NCBI GenBank assembly: GCA_963668315.1 | Contig: OY764216.1 | Location: forward strand, 4,832,001-4,896,000 | From: Spirochaetia bacterium | GTDB taxonomy: Bacteria > Spirochaetota > Spirochaetia > DSM-2461 | Length of the DNA stretch: 64,000 nt | Reading direction: 5' to 3' | In this document: piece after piece, positions 40,340-52,028 of the stretch | How the letters are laid out: each line of letters begins with the position of its first letter | How positions within the stretch are numbered: position 1 is the first letter of the stretch | Program-made: the position numbers and the translations under genes | The notes under the pieces: model-generated | Seen by the model: the letters and a program-made list of their open reading frames with translations, nothing else | Database searches by the model: none | What the model was told of the DNA's origin: nothing

Positions 40340-41078
40340 AATATCCTACCTTGAAATAGATAAAGCAACCCTTTTGTCTGTAAAATTAGAAAAAGTTAAT
40401 CAGTCTCCATATTCAAATATCTTTTACCTGTAAACCACTGCTCATCTATTTCCATTAACAGAGCCGCGATCAGACGATCAACGGACTTCCTATTTGGAAA
40501 TATCATGGCTACCCTTGTTCGCCTCTTTATTTCTTTCATCTGCCGCTCTGCCAAATTTGAAGTTCTTAGCCGTCGCCAATGAGCCTTTGGCATTGAGAAG
40601 ACGGTAAGGGACTCGGGGATATTCTCATCCATCCAGCTACTCAGATCGGGCGCCGTTTCCTCATATTTTTTAACAGCCATTGAAAGAAAGCGTTTCGCTT
40701 CTTCTCCATTGGGTGCGTTAAAAATAGTTCTGATGTCTTCTGCTACCTCCTTCTCCATGCTCTTCTTGGGAACGTGATGAGAAGCATTCTGCTGGAGATG
40801 AAACTGACAGCGATGCCAGGGAACCGTAGGAAAAACAGCCTCTATTGCAGATTTTAGACCACTATGGGCATCTGAAGTTATCATTCTGACTCCATGTAAA
40901 CCTCGGTCAACCAATCCAGCGAGGAACTTTCTCCAATGAACATCAGCCTCGCTGAGTTCTGTTGAAATCCCAAGAACCCTTCTCATTCCCTTATTATCAA
41001 CTCCATAAGCAATTAGAACGGCTGCCGAAACGACAGCTCTATCCACACGAGCTTTTTCATAGGTCGCATCCACAATGA

Positions 41079-42425
41079 GATAGTGTCCAGACATGTTCGC
41101 AACTTTCCTTTCAAGAAGCCATCAAAATTCCCCATCAGGCAGCCTGACCTAATTTAATTCTTTGTTCATCTATCGATTTTTCACTGATATACCGTTTTCC
41201 CGAAGCCCAGTCTTCTGAGTATTCAATCAGGTAACAACAGACTAGTCTAAGGTAGGAGTCAATACTGGGAAAGATTCCCACAACACGAGATCGTCTACGG
41301 ATTTCCCGATTCAATCGTTCCAGTTGATTGGTAGAAGCAGTTTTCCGGCTGTCTATTTCTGAGAATTCATAATACTGAAGAGAGTCTTCTAATCCGTCTT
41401 CAAGACAAGTCATGGACTTCGGAAATTGTTCTTCAAATTCCTCTATAATTCGGTATGCATATTCACGGGCCGATTGGGAGTTCGGTTGATTCCAAATCTG
41501 CTTAATTCTGCCGGCAACAGCTTCTTTATCCCTGGCAGGAAGATGGGACAGGATGTTCCTCATAAAATGAATTTTACAGCGTTGCCAGGAGCAACCGATG
41601 AGTTCCTTTCTTATGGCGGCTTGAAGTCCCAGATGGGCATCAGAGACACAGAGCCAGGCATTTTTAAATCCTCTTGCTTTAAGAGACCTGAACAGTTCGG
41701 TATAAGTGCTTTCTGATTCTTCCTGCATTGGTTCAACAGCAAGGATTTCTTTGAATCCTTGTGAATTAACACCAGATACAACCATCACAGCCATATTTCT
41801 CACTCTTCCGTTATACCGGATCTTTTCATAGAGGGCATCAACCCAGATGACAGGATATTCTGAATCAAGAGATCGATAGCGGAATTCATCTACCTGTTCA
41901 TCAAGTCCCTTATTGATTTCAGAGACCTGGCTGGCTGAAATATTTTCAATGCCCAGACTCATAGCCAATTTCTCAATCTTTCTGGTTGAAACACCGTTGA
42001 TAAATGCTTCCTGGACAACCTGAATCAGAGCTTGCTCGGATCTCTTCTTTTCTGTTACAAAGAAGGGAATATATCCGCCTTTTCTGAGCTTGGGGACAAG
42101 GAGATACAGTGTTCCAAGACGAGTATCAAATCGGCGTGGTCGATATCCAGAAAAATGGGTGGATCTTCCCATAGAATGAGACCCCTTTTGAGCTCCTACT
42201 TTATTCGCCGCTTCTATTTCCATAAGCTTTTCCAGTAGCCATTGCAATAAGCTGAAAATGGGATCCGGCTCCGATATGAATTGGAGTAGCATTTTTTCCA
42301 GATTCCCATTATCATTTTCCTTAGCCATCGTTTTTCTCCTTGTGGTTTTAGTAGTGCATTACCATTCTGGAGAATTCGATGGCTTCTTTCAATAATTAAA
42401 ATTGCGAACTTGATTGTACGCTATC
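41079..42425 (-). mobile_element. IS256-family element (inner), 1347 bp, intact
   Basis: 24-bp IRs (19/24 match); 8-bp TSD CACAATGA at 41071-41078 and 42426-42433. Confidence 0.95.
41135..42328 (-). CDS. IS256 transposase
   Basis: WVDALYEK, SDAH.GL, QRCKIHF.RN, STNQLERLN.EIRRR. Confidence 0.95.
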   Translation of the reverse strand: MAKENDNGNLEKMLLQFISEPDPIFSLLQWLLEKLMEIEAANKVGAQKGSHSMGRSTHFSGYRPRRFDTRLGTLYLLVPKLRKGGYIPFFVTEKKRSEQALIQVVQEAFINGVSTRKIEKLAMSLGIENISASQVSEINKGLDEQVDEFRYRSLDSEYPVIWVDALYEKIRYNGRVRNMAVMVVSGVNSQGFKEILAVEPMQEESESTYTELFRSLKARGFKNAWLCVSDAHLGLQAAIRKELIGCSWQRCKIHFMRNILSHLPARDKEAVAGRIKQIWNQPNSQSAREYAYRIIEEFEEQFPKSMTCLEDGLEDSLQYYEFSEIDSRKTASTNQLERLNREIRRRSRVVGIFPSIDSYLRLVCCYLIEYSEDWASGKRYISEKSIDEQRIKLGQAA

Positions 42426-43136
42426 CACAATGAGATAGCGAAAAGCTCCCAGAGGGCGATTCCGCCACTTAGAAATCTCTTCATCCAGCAGTGCGGTTGC
42501 TTCAGAAACCTGGGATTGGGAAACTTCGAAGCCGCAGAGCTGTTCTACAATTTTGGTTACTCTGCGAGTTGATACCCCCTGGATATACATCTGAGCTATT
42601 GCCATTTTCAACGCCCTTTCGCTGCGGCACCCTTTTTCAATGCTGCCAGGATAGAATTCCATCCCACGGACCTGCGGAATCTCGATAGGGATCTCACCTA
42701 CACGAGTTCGAATCTTCCTGCTTTTGTACCCGTTTCTATGGCCAATGCGATCGTCATTCCGTTCATAATGACTGGCTTGGATTGCCTTCTCTTGCTCTAA
42801 CCGCATAGATAAATTCATTATTGAACTTATGACCTTTGTTAATCCTTCTCGATTATCTGCCTGGAGCTCTTCAATCATTTGATCGAAAACGGTATAGTAA
42901 TCCTCGTTAGTCATGATGCCTTCTTTTGTTTTTGGTCGAACTAATCGAAGACTGATTGGCTAACTTTTTCAAGCCCCCTTTATTTCTAATTTACAGACAC
43001 TATTGTACACTATCCGAAGGTTAAGGCATTGCTGGAGAGAGAGTAGTGTAATCATACAGGTCCGATAGGGGGATCTGGAATGATGTTTGAGTGCACTTTT
43101 TAAGATGGAGTTGTTTTTTATTTACGGGTTCTCATG

Positions 43137-46097
43137 CTATTGATCCAGAATCTTCCGGATATATTCCATTAAAATACGAGGAGAATAGGGTTTGGCCAGA
43201 AAATGCACGTCCTTCCCGATCTGCCCTCTCTGAATGATGGCTTCATGGGTATATCCGGATGTATAGATAACATGTATTTGAGGATACATCTTTCTGATCT
43301 CCTCTTCCAGTTTCCGGCCGCCCATGCTGGGCATGATCACATCGGTTAACAGTAGATCCATCGGTTCGGATAATCCCCTGATTTTCTTCAGAGCATCCTT
43401 GCCGTTACTGGCTTCAATTACGGAATATCCGTTTTTCTTCATAGTCTGGCTGATGAGGTTCCGGATTATATCTTCATCTTCAACAAAGAGGATTCTTTCC
43501 GTTCCCATGAAAACAGACGGGCTGACGGGATTCCCGGATTCAGCCGTTTCCTGTTCATCGGTCAGGGGAAGAAAGATATTGAAGACGGTACGTTCTCCCA
43601 CAATGCTCTCGATCCGGATATCTCCCCGATTCTGCTTGACGATCCCGTAGACAGTAGCCAACCCCAGACCGGTTCCCTGCCCCTGCTCCTTCGTCGTGAA
43701 AAAAGGCTCGAAAACCTTATCACGGAACTCCTCCGGAATTCCTTCCCCGCTGTCTTCGATCTGCATGTGGACATATTTCCCGGGATCTAAATCCAGCTGA
43801 AATGGTCCTCCTGCATCATGGTGATAGGGGCGGGTCCTAATGAAAATCTTGCCTCCCCGGGGCATGGCGTCTCTGGAGTTGATGACCAGATTCATAATGA
43901 TCTGCTCAATCTGAGATTTGTCGAAATGAATCTTCAATTCCAGCTTGGGTGTAACCAGGCAGAGCTCGATATCCTCACCTATCACTCTGCGAAGTATTTT
44001 CTGCAGATCAATGACCACATCATTCAGATTCAGAACGACCGGTTTGATCATCTGCTTTCTGCTGAACATCAGCAGCTGCTGGACCAGATCGGCGGCTCTA
44101 AAGCCCGCGTCCTGTATTATATCCAGGTAAAGTTCGAACTCCTCCTGATTATCATGGGAGCCCATCAGCTCCGCCGAGCCGTTGATCGCGGTCAGCAGGT
44201 TGTTGAAATCGTGGGCGATTCCACCGGCGAGCCGGCCCACAGCCTCCATTTTCTGCGACTGGTGCAGCTTCTCTTCCAGCTCTTTGCGCTCCCTTATTTC
44301 ATTCCTCAGTTCCTCTGTTCTCTTTTCTACGGTTTGCTCGATTTTGTTGTAAGACTCCACAAGGGCTTCCTGGGTTTGCTTCAGCTCGGTAATCAGCATG
44401 ATGCCGTCCAGAGCGGAGCTGATATACTTTGTCAAAAAGCGGTAAACCGTTCCATCCAGAGGACCTGACTCAAAAAGGGCAAACCCCAGCTGCTTATTCT
44501 TGTGATGAAGAGGCATCATGAGATAATTGTGGTGGCCGCTGCTGAACAGAGAGCCGCTGTGATCGATGAAATCATGGGTGGGAAAGCACGCTCCCTCCTC
44601 ATGGATGCGCTCCGTTCCGTCTTCCACATACTCATATATCAATCGTGACTCTGCCAGGGGATTCTCCGGCTCCTTGTATAGAAAGAGGCTGCAACGGGGA
44701 ATCCGCAGTTTTTTTAAATTCTTTCCCAGTATGCCCATAAGATCCCTGAAGTCATAGGAGGTCAGAATTTCTTGGCCCAGCTCGTTGAGAAACGCCTTAC
44801 TTGATGAGGAGAGCCTCTGCTGTTTCATCATCTTCCGCATAGACATTTCGCTGGCCACCACATTCAGGCGGGATAGAACGGTGTGAAAAGTCCCCATGGT
44901 CTCGCAGGAATCAACCGAGATCCGCTGCTCAATGAGGGAAATCAGATTCCGGGCGAATGAGATGTCTCCGTCCCGGGGCTGAAAAAGATCGAGCAGCCGC
45001 TCAAAGGATCTGACAGAAAGAAGGGAATCCTTATCCTTCAGATCCCTTTCCAGGCACTGCAGGAGCTCCCTGATCTGCCGATCGAGCTCCGCTGACCGGT
45101 CCCTGCCGAACAGAGCCTTCAACTCCTCGAAAAGATTCTCCTCTCCTGCGGAAAAGGAATCCTCCCCATCTATATTTCGGTGGAGATCAGAGATACTCCG
45201 AACGCCCGCTGATAAACAGCCGCAGGATTGGCGTATCACGGGAACGGAAGGAAGGATCACTTCCTCATTTCTTGCCTTACCAGTCCGGATCTCTTCCAGT
45301 AGAAGTTCCAGGCTTGTATATCCCTGTTCGTAAAAATCGGCCTTGACGGAGGTCAGAGGAGAACTGCACCAGAGCCCCTCTTCCACGCCGTTGAATCCGG
45401 CCAGAGCCAAATCGCCGGGAATCCAGATATTGTTCTCCCGGCAATAATCGTACACCCCCATGGCCTGGGCATCGCTGGTACATACGACGCACTGGATATC
45501 CTCCTTAAGGCGTAGCTTCCTTTCATTCAGAAAATTATCCATACTGCCCATTCCCGCGCCGGAAACCCAATCGCCATAATCAGAGACGAGTTCCTCCCGA
45601 TAAGGGATGCGGTTATCCTTCAGGGCGGCGCAGTAGGCGTTAAAACGCTTATGGGTCCCGATATGATGCTCCAGGCCCCGAATGTAGGCGATGCGGGTAT
45701 AGCCGTGCTCTTTTATCAAATGGGTGATTAGGTCGTACATACCTTGAAAGGAATCGATGGACACACAGGTTCGTCCCGGAAGCTTCTCTCCCAGGGAGAC
45801 CAAGGGGATATTGCGGAACCGGGTGGAATGAAAGCCGATAATCTCATCGGCGGGAACGAAATTACTCAAATTGGAAACCCAGCTGATGACACCGACGAAA
45901 GAGCTGCTCCGGACGATATCGTATAGGATATTGCCCTGACTTAAAGATTCCCAGGTGTCTTTTAATCTTCCCCCGGGGATGCAAATCAAATCTACATGAT
46001 TTCTACGGGCGGCATCGCTGATACCGGCCCAGAGATCACGGCCATTCCGCATTTCGATATTGGATGCAAGATAACAGACGGTTAAATTCTTATTCAT
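43137..46097 (-). CDS. Hybrid histidine kinase: LacI-type ligand-binding domain + HisKA + HATPase + receiver
   Basis: [39 protein letters not shown]; no TM helix evident. Confidence 0.92.
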   Translation of the reverse strand: MNKNLTVCYLASNIEMRNGRDLWAGISDAARRNHVDLICIPGGRLKDTWESLSQGNILYDIVRSSSFVGVISWVSNLSNFVPADEIIGFHSTRFRNIPLVSLGEKLPGRTCVSIDSFQGMYDLITHLIKEHGYTRIAYIRGLEHHIGTHKRFNAYCAALKDNRIPYREELVSDYGDWVSGAGMGSMDNFLNERKLRLKEDIQCVVCTSDAQAMGVYDYCRENNIWIPGDLALAGFNGVEEGLWCSSPLTSVKADFYEQGYTSLELLLEEIRTGKARNEEVILPSVPVIRQSCGCLSAGVRSISDLHRNIDGEDSFSAGEENLFEELKALFGRDRSAELDRQIRELLQCLERDLKDKDSLLSVRSFERLLDLFQPRDGDISFARNLISLIEQRISVDSCETMGTFHTVLSRLNVVASEMSMRKMMKQQRLSSSSKAFLNELGQEILTSYDFRDLMGILGKNLKKLRIPRCSLFLYKEPENPLAESRLIYEYVEDGTERIHEEGACFPTHDFIDHSGSLFSSGHHNYLMMPLHHKNKQLGFALFESGPLDGTVYRFLTKYISSALDGIMLITELKQTQEALVESYNKIEQTVEKRTEELRNEIRERKELEEKLHQSQKMEAVGRLAGGIAHDFNNLLTAINGSAELMGSHDNQEEFELYLDIIQDAGFRAADLVQQLLMFSRKQMIKPVVLNLNDVVIDLQKILRRVIGEDIELCLVTPKLELKIHFDKSQIEQIIMNLVINSRDAMPRGGKIFIRTRPYHHDAGGPFQLDLDPGKYVHMQIEDSGEGIPEEFRDKVFEPFFTTKEQGQGTGLGLATVYGIVKQNRGDIRIESIVGERTVFNIFLPLTDEQETAESGNPVSPSVFMGTERILFVEDEDIIRNLISQTMKKNGYSVIEASNGKDALKKIRGLSEPMDLLLTDVIMPSMGGRKLEEEIRKMYPQIHVIYTSGYTHEAIIQRGQIGKDVHFLAKPYSPRILMEYIRKILDQ

Positions 46098-46260
46098 TTA
46101 TAGACCTGCGTTCATTATCCAATAGAAAAAATAAAAAGACAAATCCTTTTCATCCAAATAAGAAAATATCTTCTGTAAGGTCAATGTAAAGATAATATCA
46201 CATAATGAAATAAAACAGATGGTATTATTCGCTGATCATTATGCGAATAAAAATATCCTT

Positions 46261-47478
<1,218 letters not shown>

Positions 47479-47574
47479 TCATGCGTCTCTCTGATTCTAC
47501 CTGGAAATCCTCTCGTTTTCCCTATGTTATCAGTAAAATAAAACTGTTAAAAATTGTTTAGTTTGTATTTTTTT

Positions 47575-47615
47575 AGTAAATATTTACTTGACAGTTGATA
47601 GAAATGAGATAGTAT
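47575..47615 (+). promoter_or_regulatory. LacI-type operator 2 abutting a sigma70 promoter
   Basis: AGTAAATATTTACT palindrome (47575-47588), then TTGACA-16-TAGTAT. Confidence 0.65.
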
Positions 47616-47640
47616 ATAGACATATCAAATGGAGAATGGA

Positions 47641-48504
47641 ATGCAAAGAAAAATACAGCTTTCAAACCGTGTGATCAAATAAATTTTCCTTCTGCCCGGA
47701 TTTATGTTTTTTTGTTTCTCTATAGTTATTCCCTTCGTTCTCGGGATTAATATCGCCTTCACGGACTGGAACGGTATCGCCAGGGATTTCCAATATGTCG
47801 GTCTGAAGAATTTTTTGACAATCTTCAAAGACCCAAGGCTCATCCCCCCTATCGGGAACTCTATCCGATTCGCCCTTTTCGGTACCATCGGCAGTAACGT
47901 GGTCTCCCTGACCATGGCTCTTCTGGTGAATCAGAAAACGAAAACACTGGGCAGCCTCCCCCGGCTTATATTCTTTATCCCCGTATGCTTCAGCGCCATT
48001 CTCACGGCTTTCATCTGGGGATTTATCTACAAAGAGGTCTTCCATACCCTCTTCCATGCCAAAAGTATGCTGGGAAATCCCAGGCTCGTCATTCCGGCCA
48101 TAACCGCCATGGGCATATGGAACACAAGCGGAATCAACATGCTTATTTACCTCTCCGGCCTCAAGGGTATCCCGATTACGCTTTACGAAGCGGCGAAGAT
48201 CGACGGGGCAAACGTCTTCAAGAGATTTGGAAATATAACGCTTCCCTTCCTGGCCTCTTCATTCACCGTCTGCTTCACCCTTTCCTTAACAGCCTGGCTG
48301 AGAGAATTCGCCATGACCCTTTCCGCAACCGGCGGCGGCCCCGGAGGATCTTCGAGAACGATATCCATTTACATTTTCGAAAACCTCTATCAGTACAACA
48401 AAGCCGGTTACGGCCAGGCCGTGGCGCTTCTATTCGCCCTGTGCCTGGGCCTCATTGCCAACTTCGTATCGTCGGCGTTCAGGAGAAGGGAGATAGAACT
48501 ATGA
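47641..48504 (+). pseudogene. Carbohydrate ABC permease 1 with an in-frame TAA at codon 14
   Basis: GGAG-ATG MQRKIQLSNRVIK*IFLLPGFMFF...; LYEAAKIDGA EAA loop; restart possible at 47704. Confidence 0.7.
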
Positions 48505-49343
48505 GTTTGAGACAGAATATTTCAGGGAGCAAACTGCTTCTAATCGGATTGACCCTCATCTGTATGGCTGTCAGCCTCTTTCCCATCTACATCGCCCTTT
48601 TGACATCGCTCAAGACTCCCATGGAAATCGCCGATTCCTCCTTGTCTCTCCCCAGGGCTCTGTATCTGGAGAATTATGCCTCGGGACTGAGGGAAAGCAA
48701 TTTCCTCAGCTCCCTCGCGAACAGTGCGATCATTACTTTCCCTTCCGTCATACTTATCGTGATAGTCTCCTCCATGGGCGGCTACACTATCGCCAGAAAC
48801 GGCAGAAGCGAAAAAGTCATCGGGGCCATGGAGAAGGTGTATCTTTTCTCACTCATGATCCCTTTTCAGATACTGATGATTCCCGTATACAGGATTTTCA
48901 AGAATCTCGGATTATTGAATTCCCTATTCGGGGCGACCCTGTTTGAAGTGGGCTACAGCACCGCATACGCCACATTTCTTTATATAGGATTCATCAAAGC
49001 GGTCCCCAGGGAACTGGAAGAGGCGGCCCTCCTTGACGGGTGTAATCCGTTCCAGGTCTTCATCAGGGTTGTCTTCCCCCTTCTGGCCCCGATCAATTCG
49101 ACGGTCGCGGCGCTTCATATGATGTGGATCTGGAACGATTTCAATATCTCTCTCATCCTGCTGCAGAAAGACTCCGTAAGAACCCTTACGGTTAAGCAGT
49201 ACTATTTTTTCGGTCAGTTCTCATCCAACTACGGAATGGCTTTCGCCGCATCCTTAATATGCATGCTGCCGGTCCTTCTTTTCTTTCTTTTGATGCAAAA
49301 ATATCTGGTAGACGGCATATCAGCCGGCTCTGTGAAATCTTAA
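48501..49343 (+). CDS. Carbohydrate ABC permease 2
   Basis: LEEAALLDGC, WNDF; ATGA overlap. Confidence 0.92.
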   Translation: MSLRQNISGSKLLLIGLTLICMAVSLFPIYIALLTSLKTPMEIADSSLSLPRALYLENYASGLRESNFLSSLANSAIITFPSVILIVIVSSMGGYTIARNGRSEKVIGAMEKVYLFSLMIPFQILMIPVYRIFKNLGLLNSLFGATLFEVGYSTAYATFLYIGFIKAVPRELEEAALLDGCNPFQVFIRVVFPLLAPINSTVAALHMMWIWNDFNISLILLQKDSVRTLTVKQYYFFGQFSSNYGMAFAASLICMLPVLLFFLLMQKYLVDGISAGSVKS

Positions 49344-49367
49344 TTTTATTTTTTTGGAGGAAATATA

Positions 49368-50630
49368 ATGAAAAAAACAACGTTTATGGTATTTCTGGTT
49401 TCCCTTTTCTCATCGGTGTTCCTGTTCGCGGCAGGCTCCGGCGAAGGGGGCAAAGACGGACAGATCGAATTCACCTGGATGCACCATCTTCAGGAGAAGG
49501 GAAAGCAGGCCTGGGTCAACGCCCTCGTGGAGAATTACGAAGCGGCCAATCCTAATGTCAAGATCAATGTAGAGCTTCTGCCTTCGGATCAGTACAACAC
49601 GATGCTGAAGACGAGAATCGCCTCGGGTGACGCTCCGATGATTTTTGACCTGGGAAACCAGCTTTTCAAAGAGTTCGTATCGGCCGGATACTGCGCCGAT
49701 GTAAGCGATATGGAGGGCATGGAAAACTATGACGCCGCCACTATAGCCCAGAGTTCGGTCGACGGAAAGGTCTATGGCGTCTGCATCGACAAAAATGCCT
49801 ACTGTACATTCTACAATAAGGACATCTTTGATAAATACGGTCTGGAAGTGCCCAAGACGTCAACCGAGCTGCTCGAAGTATGTAAAGTACTCAAAGAAAA
49901 CGGCATAACGCCCATTGCAGCTCCCTTTTCCGAATTATGGTGCCTCCGCTACTACGACATGGTCCTCACCGACGTACAGTGCTGCATGGACAATGTGAAC
50001 TGGTTCACAGAAAAGATGACACAGGAAGTCCCCTTTTCCGAAGATCAGGCATTCAAGGACTGTGCGGAGATTTTCTACAGCTTCAAACCCTACTGGGGCG
50101 AAGATCCCTTCGGGACGACCTGGAACGACGCCATGAACATGGTCGCTTCCGGCAAAGCCGCCATGACCTTGAACGGCTCCTGGGCCATCGACGGCATCAT
50201 GAGCATCAACCCCGAGATAAATCTGGGCTCATTCGCCTTCCCCACGTCAACCGAACCTTCCGGCGCGGTCATGGTGGTCAAGCCCGGCAGTTCTTACTGT
50301 GTCTACAACGACACGGAGAACCCTGAAATTCTCGCCGCAGCAAAGGATTTCTTCACTTACATGAGTTCCCAGGAGTCGGCTGAGTATTTTGCAGAATACG
50401 CCCACGGTCTTACCGGATGCGCCATTGAAAGTGAAGTGGATATTCAAGCTCTCAATGATATCAACTCATACAAAGGAGACAATCTTTACGTTCAGGCCAA
50501 TCTTGTGGTTTTCTCACCGGAATACCAGAATACGCTGTTCGAGACCCTCACCCAGTATGGGATGAAAGACAGCTTTGACGTGGACAAACTCTGCGCCGAA
50601 CTTGACGCCAAATACAAGGCCCTGCAGTAA
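49368..50630 (+). CDS. Carbohydrate ABC substrate-binding protein
   Basis: Signal peptide, FYNKDIFDKYGLEVPKT, GKAAM..NGSW. Confidence 0.92.
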   Translation: MKKTTFMVFLVSLFSSVFLFAAGSGEGGKDGQIEFTWMHHLQEKGKQAWVNALVENYEAANPNVKINVELLPSDQYNTMLKTRIASGDAPMIFDLGNQLFKEFVSAGYCADVSDMEGMENYDAATIAQSSVDGKVYGVCIDKNAYCTFYNKDIFDKYGLEVPKTSTELLEVCKVLKENGITPIAAPFSELWCLRYYDMVLTDVQCCMDNVNWFTEKMTQEVPFSEDQAFKDCAEIFYSFKPYWGEDPFGTTWNDAMNMVASGKAAMTLNGSWAIDGIMSINPEINLGSFAFPTSTEPSGAVMVVKPGSSYCVYNDTENPEILAAAKDFFTYMSSQESAEYFAEYAHGLTGCAIESEVDIQALNDINSYKGDNLYVQANLVVFSPEYQNTLFETLTQYGMKDSFDVDKLCAELDAKYKALQ

Positions 50631-50730
50631 TATCCGCAAGGATGCTTTCAATACCGGATCTTAGGTTTTTCTGAACGGGGCTCCGGGATTCACATTTATC
50701 CCCTCCGGCAGCGGGGGCGGAACGTTTCAT

Positions 50731-50780
50731 GACAGACTTCCGGCTTAAGGATGGCAATTGCCATCCTCCGGAAGTTTGTC
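50731..50780. terminator. Long stem-loop after the SBP gene
   Basis: GACAGACTTCCGG...AGGATGGCAATTGCCATCCT-CCGGAAGTTTGTC. Confidence 0.5.
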
Positions 50781-50809
50781 TTATATTATCCAGTCAATGA
50801 GGTGATTTT

Positions 50810-51535
50810 ATGACACAGATTATAGCCCACCGCGGAGCCTCCGGTTATGCTCCCGAGAATACAATGGCGGCCTTTGAGCTGGCCGCGGAGCAGGGAGCCT
50901 ACGGGATTGAGACGGATGTACACTTGACGCGGGACGGACATCTCGTCATTGCCCATGATCCCGTAATCGGGCGTACCGTCATGGGAGAAGGAGCAATAAG
51001 GGATCTGACTCTGGAAGAACTGAGATCCTTTGATTGCGGGGCCTGGTTTTCAAAGGAATTCGCCGGCCAGAAAGTGCCTCTTCTGAAAGATCTCCTCGCC
51101 CTCGTGAAAAGAGAGGATATGTTCCTCAATATAGAGATAAAAATGGGCTTTCCCTATTATACCGGTCTGGAGGAGGCCCTGGCGGAGGAACTGGCCCTCT
51201 GGGATATGGACGAGAAGCTCATTCTCTCCTCCTTCAACCACTGTGCCGTGAAGAAGATGGAAAAATTGAGGCCCCGGGCCGCCAGAGGCTTTCTGACGGA
51301 TAACCAGCTTGTCCAAAGCTGGGATTACACAGCGGGAAACGGCGCGCAGGCATTGCATCCCCATTTTTCCCTTGTAACGCCGGAGCTCATTGAATCATGC
51401 CACCAAGCGGGAATCAGGGTGAATACCTATACGGTGAATGATGAGAAGGAGGGAAAGCGTCTCATAGAAGCCGGAGTGGACGGCCTTATCTCCAATTATC
51501 CCGATGTGATGCTGGCGCTCCTGCCTGAAAGATAG
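50810..51535 (+). CDS. Glycerophosphodiester phosphodiesterase
   Basis: IAHRGASGYAPENT, ETDV, AHD, NIEIK. Confidence 0.95.
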   Translation: MTQIIAHRGASGYAPENTMAAFELAAEQGAYGIETDVHLTRDGHLVIAHDPVIGRTVMGEGAIRDLTLEELRSFDCGAWFSKEFAGQKVPLLKDLLALVKREDMFLNIEIKMGFPYYTGLEEALAEELALWDMDEKLILSSFNHCAVKKMEKLRPRAARGFLTDNQLVQSWDYTAGNGAQALHPHFSLVTPELIESCHQAGIRVNTYTVNDEKEGKRLIEAGVDGLISNYPDVMLALLPER

Positions 51536-51594
51536 GCAACAAGGAGATTTTCAAGCGGTTACCATTATCAACGGGAGATAGGGGGAGGAGGAAA

Positions 51595-51861
51595 TCAATC
51601 GGCTTTCTTCCTCCCACGCATTTCTTCCAATTCCAGAGGCAGCTCAGAAACAAGCCAGGAATCGATTTTCGGGTCCTGGATCTGAGGTAATGATTTCAGG
51701 ACAATCTCCGTCTCGGACGGGGTGAGAGTTCTCGACATATGATTTAGTAAATCATGGAGAATCAGGTGTTGGCTGTCTGACTTGCGAAAGATAATCATAG
51801 TGGGAGATGTCATATCATATCCTTCCCATCTATGCAACTCTGCAAAGAGATATTGCGACAA
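51595..51861 (-). CDS. Hypothetical protein or gene fragment
   Basis: 88-aa ORF, no clear RBS. Confidence 0.3.
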   Translation of the reverse strand: MSQYLFAELHRWEGYDMTSPTMIIFRKSDSQHLILHDLLNHMSRTLTPSETEIVLKSLPQIQDPKIDSWLVSELPLELEEMRGRKKAD

Positions 51862-52028
51862 TCGGTCATCGAAAACCGATCCCCGGTAATAATCATCATT
51901 AACTCTTTCTCACATATAAATATAAAAATATTATAATATACATGCTTATATTTATGTATTGTAATATTATAATATAAGAATTATCTACTTATTATATAAA
52001 TATTTATTTTCACCTGATAAAAAAAGGA

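Larger units (their letters stand above)
27179..40358. mobile_element. Integrated element 2 (right end unresolved, cut by IS256)
   Basis: att followed by a paralogous integrase and partner, recombination genes and a cassette array; no third att copy seen. Confidence 0.7.
32576..40358 (+). mobile_element. Integron gene-cassette array without intI (5 cassettes, last truncated)
   Basis: Four attC sites; cassettes 32576-33758, 33759-35144, 35145-36457, 36458-39784, 39785-IS; very AT-rich. Confidence 0.9.
40396..42914 (-). pseudogene. IS256 transposase split into 42914-42426 (N) and 41078-40396 (C)
   Basis: YLIVD junction duplicated; GVSTRRV, SDAHSGL, RCQFH, RTSN. Confidence 0.9.
40359..43015 (-). 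mobile_element. IS256-family element (outer), interrupted
   Basis: Imperfect terminal IRs sharing GATA...TGTCTGTAAA(A)TTAGAAA; no flanking TSD seen. Confidence 0.85.

Noticed and set aside
47985..48500. N-terminal extension of the 452-aa permease ORF
   Set aside because: Overlaps permease 1 in another frame; the real start is 48501 with RBS and ATGA coupling.
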